From Dehalococcoidia bacterium (GTDB lineage: Bacteria; Chloroflexota; Dehalococcoidia; UBA2979): a stretch of 64,000 nt of DNA. Numbering within the stretch: position 1 is the stretch's first letter; each line of letters begins with the position of its first letter. The stretch covers positions 33,264-97,263 of the forward strand of contig JAIBBD010000003.1 in the NCBI GenBank assembly GCA_019694855.1, given 5' to 3'. The notes beneath the pieces are model-generated. The model saw nothing but the letters and a program-made list of their open reading frames with translations. It did no database searches and was not told where the DNA came from. The translations under genes were made by a program, and so were the position numbers. This document shows, one piece after another, positions 9,305 through 16,944 of the stretch.

Positions 9305-10684
9305 CTAGACCTCGGTCTGGGCCGCCAGTGCGGCCGCTTCCGGCGACACCCAGCGGGCCGCGTTGACCTCGTCCGCCGGCGTCGAGGGCCGGCCGAGGAC
9401 GGTCTCCTGCAGCAGCCGCCCCACGTGCCCGGTGGCGACGAATGGCCGCTTCAGCTCCCACGGGTTGTCCATCATCGCGCGTTTCCACGCGCCCATCGGC
9501 TGTCCGTCCTGCACCAGCCCCTTGAGGATGCCGACGTCGTTCGTCGCCCACAGGTGTTCGCTGATGCCGATGATGATTGCGCCGGTCATCGCCTCGCCCT
9601 GGCCGTGCCACAGCAACCGCCGGTACGCCCACTGCGAGGGCTTCTCGACAGCCACGCTCTCGGCGTCAGCGTCGTCCCATAGGCCGAAGCTCGCGATCTC
9701 GAGGTCGAGCACGTCGACGATGTTCATGAGCACGGTTCCGCGGTGCGCGCGGTCGACGCCGGCCATGTTCGCGCCCGCGATGCGGCCGTGCTCCATGGCG
9801 GCGGGTTCGATGGCGTGCAGCGCGCGCTGGCCCGTCACCCGGTCGAACGCCTCGGCCACGTCGCCGGCGGCGTACACGTTCGGGGCGCTCGTGCGCATGT
9901 GGTCGTCCACGAGGATGCCGCGCCCCATCTCGAGGCCAGCGCCCTCGAGCCAGCCGAGGTTCGGACGGATGCCCGTCGCCATGATCACGACGTCGGCGCT
10001 CAATTCGCCGCCCCCGTCGAGGACGAGCCGCTTCCGTCCGGCGACCTCCTCGATCGCGTTCAATCGCACGCCGGTTTGGACGGTGACGCCGTGCTGCTCC
10101 AGCCAGCGTGTAACGATCGCGGCGCCGTTGGGGTCGATCATCCGAGGCAGGATCGTCGGTGCGAGCTCAATCACGGTGAGCCGCACGCCGAGCTTCACCA
10201 GCGAATTGAGGATCGTGAACGAGATGAACCCCGCTCCCACCAGTACGACCTCGGAGCCAGCTTTCACCTCCGCGATGAGGCCGTCCGCCTGCTCGAGCGT
10301 CCAGAACGAATGCACGCCCGGCAGGTCGGCGCCCGGCACCGGGGCCCGCACCGCCGATGAGCCAGTCGCGATCAGCAGGTCGTCGTAGTCGACTGTCTCG
10401 CCGTTATCGAGCGTGACGCGCTGCTGCGCCGTGTCGAGGGCCGTCGCGCGCCGCCCGATCTGCGTGGTCACCCCCAGTGCGGCGAGGCGGTCCGGAGACA
10501 GCGTCCATACGTGCGACCTCGAAATGCGCTTGCCGAGGTAGTACGGCAGCACCATGCGCGAGTAGGGGCGCTCCTCGGCGACCAGGACGATGTCGGACGC
10601 GCCCTGGTCGAACTCCCGGATCGAGGTGATCGCGTTGATGGCGGCCGTGCCGCCGCCGACGATGACATGTCGCTTAGCGGCCAT
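9305..10684 (-). CDS. FAD/NAD(P)-binding pyridine-nucleotide-disulfide-family oxidoreductase (AorC-like)
   Basis: Start MAAKRHVIVGGGTAAINA (Rossmann GxGxxA), a second dinucleotide fold VVLVGAGFISF, and the FAD motif AAGDVA. Confidence 0.85.
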   Translation of the reverse strand: MAAKRHVIVGGGTAAINAITSIREFDQGASDIVLVAEERPYSRMVLPYYLGKRISRSHVWTLSPDRLAALGVTTQIGRRATALDTAQQRVTLDNGETVDYDDLLIATGSSAVRAPVPGADLPGVHSFWTLEQADGLIAEVKAGSEVVLVGAGFISFTILNSLVKLGVRLTVIELAPTILPRMIDPNGAAIVTRWLEQHGVTVQTGVRLNAIEEVAGRKRLVLDGGGELSADVVIMATGIRPNLGWLEGAGLEMGRGILVDDHMRTSAPNVYAAGDVAEAFDRVTGQRALHAIEPAAMEHGRIAGANMAGVDRAHRGTVLMNIVDVLDLEIASFGLWDDADAESVAVEKPSQWAYRRLLWHGQGEAMTGAIIIGISEHLWATNDVGILKGLVQDGQPMGAWKRAMMDNPWELKRPFVATGHVGRLLQETVLGRPSTPADEVNAARWVSPEAAALAAQTEV

Positions 10685-11162
10685 TCGTCGCCCCGATCCG
10701 CGCGAGGTCGGCGGCCGACCGTTGCGCCGCGAAGGCGCCCGTCCAGTCCTGCGTGAAGTCCTCGATCCAGGTAATCGCCTGAGTCGGGCAGGCGTGCGCA
10801 CACTGCGGGTCGCCGCCGCACAGGTTGCACTTGAACGCCTTCTCACGTTCGGGGTCGTAGAAGATCGTCCCGTACGGGCACGCGAGGGTGCACAGCTTGC
10901 ACCCTACGCACTGGTCGTCCTGCACTTCCTTCGCTCCGACCGCCGAGATGTCGATCGCCTCGACCGGGCAGGCGGTCATGCACCACCCCTCGGCGCACTG
11001 GAAGCAGGTATAGGGCGAGAAGCTCGTGTGTCCTCGCTCGAACGCGCTCACACGAATCACGGACTTCGAGGGGTTGAATTCACCGCTCTGCACGTAGGAG
11101 CAGGCCACCTCGCAGCGCAGGCAGCCGGTGCATTTCTCCGGCTCGATATGCAGGACTTTCAC
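10674..11162 (-). CDS. Poly-ferredoxin electron-transfer subunit with four [4Fe-4S] motifs (AorA-like)
   Basis: 162-aa protein with four Cys clusters (CTGCLRCEVAC, CFQCAEGWCMTACP, CVGCKLCTLACP, CNLCGGDPQCAHACP). It overlaps the downstream FAD subunit start by 11 nt. Confidence 0.85.
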   Translation of the reverse strand: MKVLHIEPEKCTGCLRCEVACSYVQSGEFNPSKSVIRVSAFERGHTSFSPYTCFQCAEGWCMTACPVEAIDISAVGAKEVQDDQCVGCKLCTLACPYGTIFYDPEREKAFKCNLCGGDPQCAHACPTQAITWIEDFTQDWTGAFAAQRSAADLARIGATNGR

Positions 11163-11410
11163 CGGCTCACCCTCTCATCTCGTGTGCAGTCCGGGCCCGA
11201 CTGCGCGCAGTCTGGCACCCCAGCCCGCGGGCCCACAAGACTGCACCCGCGTGCAATACGGTCAGTGCCTGCCGGTCGCCGGCAAACCCTGGCGAGGCAT
11301 CAGCGCGGCTCGTCCACCCCTCGCGGCCGCTCCAAGACCACAACCGGGCGCTGCGGCACAATCCCCCACGACGACATCCAATGTGCAGCGCCTGAAGGGA
11401 CCGCAGCAGC

Positions 11411-12484
11411 GTGAAGATCGAGACCGGCTTCGGGGAGACCTGGCTCGGGGAAGTGCCCGCGCGCGTGCGCGCCGCGGAAGCGGCGGGCTTCGACTCGATC
11501 AGCACGCCAGAGATGCGGCACAACTCCATCCTCGAGCTCACGCTCGCTGCCGAACACACCGAGCGGATGGAGCTCTGCACGGGCGTCACGATCGCATTCC
11601 CACGCTCCCCGATGGTCATGGCGCAGTCCGCGTGGGACCTGCAGCAGTTCAGCAAAGGGCGCATCAACATCGGCCTCGGTTCGCAGGTCAAGGGCCACAA
11701 CATCCGGCGCTTCGGCGGCACCTGGTCGCCCCCCGCGCGCCGCATGGAAGAGTACGTCACGATGATGCGGGCCATCTGGCGCTCCTGGCAGTTCGGCGAG
11801 CGCCCCGAGTTCGTTGGCGAGGACTACCGCTACCTGCTCATGACCCCCGCCTTCAACCCCGGCCCGATTGATTACCCGTTCCCGAAGATATCGATCGCCA
11901 GCGTCGGCCCGAAGATGGCCGAGGTCGCCGGCGCCGTCGGCGACGGGCTCCGGCCCCACGGCTTCATGACCGAGAAGTACATGCGGCAGACCGTCCTGCC
12001 CGCCCTCGAGAAAGGCGCGCGGCGCGCCGGGCGCTCCCTCGCCGACATCGAGGTCTCGGTCGGCGGGTTCAGCGCCTTTGGCGAGACCCAGGCCGAGGTC
12101 GAGCAGGCGATCGACGCCCTCCGCCGTCCGATCTCCTTCTACGGCTCGACCCGTACCTACCACGTCGTATTCCAGGCCCACGGGCTCGAGGCGCTCGGGA
12201 TGCGCCTGCACGAACTCTCGCTGCGAGGCGAGTGGGACAAGATGCTCGACGCCGTGACCTTCGAGCACGCCGCCGAGATGGCCAATGCCTGCACCTACGA
12301 CGATCTGCCGCAGTACGCCCGCGAGCACTTCGAGTACGCCACCCGCCTCCGGCTCCCCTTCGGCGACGATCACGCCGCCGGTCGCTACGGCGGCTCCTCG
12401 GACGCCGAAGGGTCGGCCCCGTCGATGAGCCGCGAGCGACTCGACTGGCTGATCAAAGAGCTCCACACGGTCGGAGCGGAATGA
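11411..12484 (+). CDS. LLM-class (luciferase-like) flavin/F420-dependent oxidoreductase
   Basis: 357-aa TIM-barrel LLM family protein. GTG start preceded by a GAAGGGA Shine-Dalgarno sequence. Confidence 0.8.
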   Translation: MKIETGFGETWLGEVPARVRAAEAAGFDSISTPEMRHNSILELTLAAEHTERMELCTGVTIAFPRSPMVMAQSAWDLQQFSKGRINIGLGSQVKGHNIRRFGGTWSPPARRMEEYVTMMRAIWRSWQFGERPEFVGEDYRYLLMTPAFNPGPIDYPFPKISIASVGPKMAEVAGAVGDGLRPHGFMTEKYMRQTVLPALEKGARRAGRSLADIEVSVGGFSAFGETQAEVEQAIDALRRPISFYGSTRTYHVVFQAHGLEALGMRLHELSLRGEWDKMLDAVTFEHAAEMANACTYDDLPQYAREHFEYATRLRLPFGDDHAAGRYGGSSDAEGSAPSMSRERLDWLIKELHTVGAE

Positions 12485-12875
12485 CGCCCGGAGACGGAGG
12501 AGCATTCGGCCCTTGCGAGGGCTGCCGCGCCTTCCGTCTCTGAGGTAAGATTACCGCCGTTATTGGACGGCTGCTTCCGCCGAGGCTCCCCGCGAGGCGA
12601 CTGGCCGGTCGCCGGCGAGCCTGCCGATCGAGCCAGCAACGGAGGTGCCGCACCCGTCAGGAGCCCCGCGAGGACGTTTTCGTCGAAGCGACGCACGACG
12701 ACCGCCCCGTTTCAGGCTCGACGGGTGTACAACATCTCCGATGGCGAGCGCGCCCGCTCTTCGCGGCCCGCTCGCACCGCGTCCAGTGCACAGGAGATGG
12801 CGACGTCCGGTTGGAAGGAGGCTGACTGGGAGATCACATCCTGCTCACCCGTCGACGATAGTTTGGAGAATCGAA

Positions 12876-13286
12876 TTGCCGAAACAGTCACCGATTCCTG
12901 ACGAGCTGGACAAGCCGTTCTACGACGCCTGCAACGAGGAACGCCTCGTCGTCCAGTACTGCCCCGCCTGCAGCCGGTACCAGTTCCCGCCGCGAAACGC
13001 CTGCGGTGGCTGCCTCAACCCCGGCATCCAGTGGAAGCAGGTGAGCGGGCGCGGCCGGATCCAGAGCCGCGTGGTCGTCTACGACACCCCGGTTTCCGTG
13101 CTCATCCCGGACCAGCCCTTCAACGTCGCCACCATCGCCCTGGAGGAAGAGCCCGAGATCATCATGCTCTCCCACCTTCCCGGCACTCCGGTTGAACAGG
13201 TCCCGATCGGTGCGCAGGTCGAGGTGATCTTCGAGACCACCCCCGCCACCGGCCAGAAGATCCCCGAGTGGAGGGTCGTCAGCTAG
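12876..13286 (+). CDS. DUF35 OB-fold/Zn-ribbon protein (partner of SCP-x-type thiolase-like proteins)
   Basis: Zn-ribbon CPACSRYQFPPRNACGGC followed by an OB-fold. TTG start with an upstream GGAGA. The track ORF begins further upstream in Arg-rich sequence. Confidence 0.65.
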   Translation: MPKQSPIPDELDKPFYDACNEERLVVQYCPACSRYQFPPRNACGGCLNPGIQWKQVSGRGRIQSRVVVYDTPVSVLIPDQPFNVATIALEEEPEIIMLSHLPGTPVEQVPIGAQVEVIFETTPATGQKIPEWRVVS

Positions 13287-13333
13287 CCGGCGGACGTCAC
13301 GCCGCCAGGGACACGCGAAAGGACACCTGACCC

Positions 13334-14665
13334 ATGGCATCACATCCGATGACCCCCAACAGCTGGCACCGGAACCGCGAAGGTCTCGGTATCTGGCACG
13401 GCCGCGGCAAGGTCGCCGCGACGGGTGTCGGCACCTCGCCCACCGCCCGCCGCTGGGACGAGAAGCCCGAGACCAGCATGGGCGCCCTCACCCTCATCGC
13501 CATCCGCAAGGCGATCGAGGACGCGGGCATCTCCCCCTCCGAGATCGACGGCATCGTCATCACGCCTGAGTCCACGACCGGCGTCAGCAACGACCCCAAC
13601 ACCCCGCCCCCGGAAGGCTGGGACCAGGTCTTCAAGATGGTCGACTACCCGCAGGCCGGCATCACCCGCGGCGACATCGACTGGATCCTCGTCAACATGC
13701 CTGAACTGACCAACGTGCAGTTCAAGATGGAGGGTCGCGGCTGCATGTCCGTCTCCTTCACCACGGCGGCCGAGGCCGTCGCGCGTGGGCTGACGCACAC
13801 CTGCCTCGTCATCCGCGGCTGGCACAACCTCGCCGGGCGCTACTACGTCGGCCAGGGCGCGGCTGCCGGTGACACCCTCGCCGGCCCGCAGAAGTACGCA
13901 GGCCTCTGGGGCGCCCCGGCGTGCGCTGGCACGGCGATGATCTTCGAGGAGTACTGCAACAAGTACGGCAAGAACCACGACATGATGGCCCCGTTCATCG
14001 TGGAGCAGCGCAAGAACGGCCTCATGAACCCGGACGGGTTCTACAGCCAGCACCGCCCCGAGATGATCACGGTCGAGGACTACCTCTCCGGGCGCTGGAT
14101 CGCCAAGCCGGCCAACATCTACGACAACGACCTCCCGATTCAGGCTGCCCTCGCGGTCATCATGACCACCGCCGAGCGGGCCAAGAACCACCGGCCGAAG
14201 CCGGCCTACGTCCTGACCCACGCCCAGACCCGTCCCGAGAGCCAGGGCGTCACGCCCACCCTCGAGTCGTGGGAGCGGCTCAGCGACAAGATGGGCCGCA
14301 TGCTCTTCGAGGGCGCTGGCATCGGTCCCGATGACCTCGACTTCGAGAACATGTACGACGGCTTCACGCTGTTCCACCAGTTCCACCTGGAGGGCCTGCG
14401 CTTCGGTGCCAACGGCGAAAAGGGCCGTGGCTACGCGCTCGACCTCTACCAGGAGGACATCAGCATCACGGGCCCGAACCCCGTTTCGCCGAGCGGCGGC
14501 AACAACGGCAACGGGCGCACGCGATTCTGGAACCACCGCGACAGCATCCTGCAGGTCCAGGGGCGGTCGCCGTCCCAGATCTCGAAGCCGGCCAACATCG
14601 GCGTCTCGGGCTCGCACATGCCGCACATGTGTGACTCCCTGATCTGGAGCTCCAGCCCCGACTAG
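13334..14665 (+). CDS. Thiolase-like (SCP-x/nonspecific lipid-transfer-type) protein
   Basis: 443-aa thiolase-fold protein. ATG start with an AAAGGA Shine-Dalgarno sequence, located directly downstream of the DUF35 gene (classic pair). Confidence 0.8.
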   Translation: MASHPMTPNSWHRNREGLGIWHGRGKVAATGVGTSPTARRWDEKPETSMGALTLIAIRKAIEDAGISPSEIDGIVITPESTTGVSNDPNTPPPEGWDQVFKMVDYPQAGITRGDIDWILVNMPELTNVQFKMEGRGCMSVSFTTAAEAVARGLTHTCLVIRGWHNLAGRYYVGQGAAAGDTLAGPQKYAGLWGAPACAGTAMIFEEYCNKYGKNHDMMAPFIVEQRKNGLMNPDGFYSQHRPEMITVEDYLSGRWIAKPANIYDNDLPIQAALAVIMTTAERAKNHRPKPAYVLTHAQTRPESQGVTPTLESWERLSDKMGRMLFEGAGIGPDDLDFENMYDGFTLFHQFHLEGLRFGANGEKGRGYALDLYQEDISITGPNPVSPSGGNNGNGRTRFWNHRDSILQVQGRSPSQISKPANIGVSGSHMPHMCDSLIWSSSPD

Positions 14666-14764
14666 GCGATACGCCTGATCGACCAATCCGGGCCGGGGCC
14701 CTCTCGCCATCGCGAGGAGGCCCCGGCTTCCGGCATCACCAGCTACGCATCTCTCGCGAAGGAC

Positions 14765-15121
14765 ATGAGCTTGGCTATCCTCATCAGCTTCGACATCGAC
14801 GGCACGCTCGAGTTCGGCGACCCCCCCGGCGGGATCACCCTCGAGATGGTGAAGCGCGCTCAGGACCTCGGCTTCCTCATCGGCAGCTGCTCCGACCGCT
14901 TCCCCTCCGCCCAGAAGTCACTCTGGGAGGCCCGCGACATCCAGGTCGACTTCGTCGCCGCCAAGCACATGCTTCCCGATATCCGTCAGCGCTTCGAGGC
15001 CGATATCTACGTGCACATCGGCGACCGCGACCTCGACCGCCAGCTGGCGGAGCAGGCCGGCTTCCAGTTCCTCTGGGACCACGAGGGTGAGGCCGAGCCC
15101 TGGCTCGAATGGGTCAAGTAG
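14765..15121 (+). CDS. Small HAD-superfamily hydrolase-like protein
   Basis: HAD motif I FDIDGTL near the N-terminus. 118 aa. Confidence 0.55.
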   Translation: MSLAILISFDIDGTLEFGDPPGGITLEMVKRAQDLGFLIGSCSDRFPSAQKSLWEARDIQVDFVAAKHMLPDIRQRFEADIYVHIGDRDLDRQLAEQAGFQFLWDHEGEAEPWLEWVK

Positions 15122-15161
15122 CCTCGACGCACCCAAGCTTGTAACGCCATCGGGGGCCCGC

Positions 15162-15716
15162 ATGCGCATCGGCCTGATCTCTGACACCCACATCCCGTCG
15201 AGCGGCGAGGCGCCCCCCGACGAGGTCATCGAGGCGTTTCGAGGCGTCGATCTCATCCTGCACGCCGGTCACGCCTACACAGCTCAGTGCATCGAGTGGC
15301 TCGAGCGCATCGCGCCCGTGAAGTCAGCCGAGTCCTGGCTCCAGGGCATCAGCGAGTCACCAATGCGTACCAGCACCCTCCAGGTCTTCGAGTTCGAGGG
15401 CCACAGGGTCGGTATGACCCACGAACTCATCCTGAAGAGCCTCGGTGACGAGGTGCTCCCCGGCGCCATCGACCGCTACTACCCGAAGAATGAGTCGATC
15501 GCGCAGGCGCTCGAGGTAATCTTTGGACAGCCGGTCGACATCGTCGTCTTCGGCTACACCCACCAGGCGATGCTCGAGGAGCACGACGGCGTGCTGCTCG
15601 TGAACCCCGGCAGCCCGAACCTCGTCCGTCAGGAGATCGGCCTCGGTACCGTGGCCATCCTCGAGGTGACGCCGGGCGCGCGCGCGGCTCACATCATCGA
15701 CCTCGCCACGCTCTAG
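15162..15716 (+). CDS. Metallophosphoesterase (YfcE/MJ0936-type phosphodiesterase)
   Basis: MRIGLISDTHIP...GHAY...GYTHQ...VNPGS calcineurin-like metal-binding motifs. Confidence 0.75.
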   Translation: MRIGLISDTHIPSSGEAPPDEVIEAFRGVDLILHAGHAYTAQCIEWLERIAPVKSAESWLQGISESPMRTSTLQVFEFEGHRVGMTHELILKSLGDEVLPGAIDRYYPKNESIAQALEVIFGQPVDIVVFGYTHQAMLEEHDGVLLVNPGSPNLVRQEIGLGTVAILEVTPGARAAHIIDLATL

Positions 15717-15809
15717 TCGGGCGTCTTCAAGACCGGCGACAAGCCAGCTCCCATGGCGGGCGAGGTGAACACCTCGGCCCGCCGGGTCGCTGAGCCGGCC
15801 ACCTGCCCA

Positions 15810-16025
15810 TCACGAGGCCTCGGCAGCTGCCTTCTTCCGCGCGCGGTACTTCCGCATGTAGTCGCGCATGTAGTCCGTGTACTTCTGAGGGTCGCGCGCC
15901 CGCCGCTCACTCCGGTACAGCGAGTGCGCCGCCCGGCACGGGTCGCAACGACAGCCGTAGTTCGTGTACGCGTTTGACGTGCCGTGTGAAACGAACGAGG
16001 GCAATTCGAGCTTGGGCACAGCCAC
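15810..16025 (-). CDS. Small basic protein with HGT-x3-Y-x3-GCRC-x2-C zinc-ribbon-like motif
   Basis: 71-aa protein: ...SHGTSNAYTNYGCRCDPCRAAHSLY... followed by a Lys/Arg-rich tail. GTG start. Confidence 0.45.
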   Translation of the reverse strand: MAVPKLELPSFVSHGTSNAYTNYGCRCDPCRAAHSLYRSERRARDPQKYTDYMRDYMRKYRARKKAAAEAS

Positions 16026-16157
16026 CTCTCTCTAACCATGACCGGTCGGTTCGAGGCGCGCTGAGTTTAAGCATCGACTGCTGCCCGACAGGCGGAGCCG
16101 CAGCGATCGACATGGTGCCTGAGCGGCATGGCGTCGCAGCCGTGCGAACGGGTCGAG

Positions 16158-16880
16158 TCATACGACGAGGTCCGCTCGCACGACCAGACGCTGGTCGTAG
16201 GCATGCGCGGCCGCGCTGAACGTGCCAGCGCACGTGATCAGCGTCGCCGTCGCCGAAGTTGTCGGGCCGAGGATCTCCCCGACCGGCGCGGTCGCTTCGT
16301 CGTAGGCCGCGACCCACGCCACGCGATACTCGAACGTCGTGCCGTCGTCGAGCCGCACGAGGAACGTATCGCCTGCGCGCAGCTCGCGCAGCCGGTAGAA
16401 CACCGCCGGCCCGTAGTTCGCGAAGTCCACATGCCCCGCGAGCACGAAGTTCCCGTCCTCGCCCGGCGGCGCCGCGAAGGCATACGACGCCACCTCCAGG
16501 GGCCCCGAAGGAGCGGGCATCGTTCCGTCGGCACGCAGACCCAGCGTCACGATCGGCGCATCCACCCCGATCCGAGGTACCACCAGCCGTCCGCCGCCTC
16601 TGGTGGGCGCCGCGGCGCCCACGGCCGCACTCGCGGCACTCGACGAGATCAGCGGCAGCCCGCTCGGTGTGGCGCTGGCAATCGCCGTTCCAGTCGGGGT
16701 CCCGGTGGCCGCTGCGGCCGTGGCCGCGCCGGCCACCGTCACCAGCTCGGGCGTCGAAACCACCGTCGCCACGGTCGCTGCCCTTTCGTTGCCGTCCTCG
16801 CTGGACGAACCGGACCACGACACGCTCGAGATCACGAGCATGACGAGTGCGGTGACCAGCGCGATTCTCAGGACATGCAC
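16158..16880 (-). CDS. Sortase family transpeptidase (class E/F-like)
   Basis: N-terminal TM segment, LVVPRIGVDAPIV, catalytic His in GHVDF, and catalytic Cys in TLITCAG. It follows the LPNTG protein gene. Confidence 0.8.
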   Translation of the reverse strand: MHVLRIALVTALVMLVISSVSWSGSSSEDGNERAATVATVVSTPELVTVAGAATAAAATGTPTGTAIASATPSGLPLISSSAASAAVGAAAPTRGGGRLVVPRIGVDAPIVTLGLRADGTMPAPSGPLEVASYAFAAPPGEDGNFVLAGHVDFANYGPAVFYRLRELRAGDTFLVRLDDGTTFEYRVAWVAAYDEATAPVGEILGPTTSATATLITCAGTFSAAAHAYDQRLVVRADLVV

Positions 16881-16944
16881 CTGGTGCCCCTCGGTACGAC
16901 GAGGAGTGGAGGAGCACTCACTCCCCCACTCCTTCGTCGATGAC

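Noticed and set aside
12484-12876. About 390-bp non-coding gap after the LLM gene with an imperfect hairpin (GGAGACGGAGG...CCTTCCGTCTC) and a stray AGGAGG at about 12815
   Set aside because: The hairpin is imperfect with a long loop. The AGGAGG is not followed by a start codon in any sensible frame, so no small ORF or riboswitch could be supported from sequence alone. Most likely a terminator plus promoter region for the DUF35/thiolase operon.
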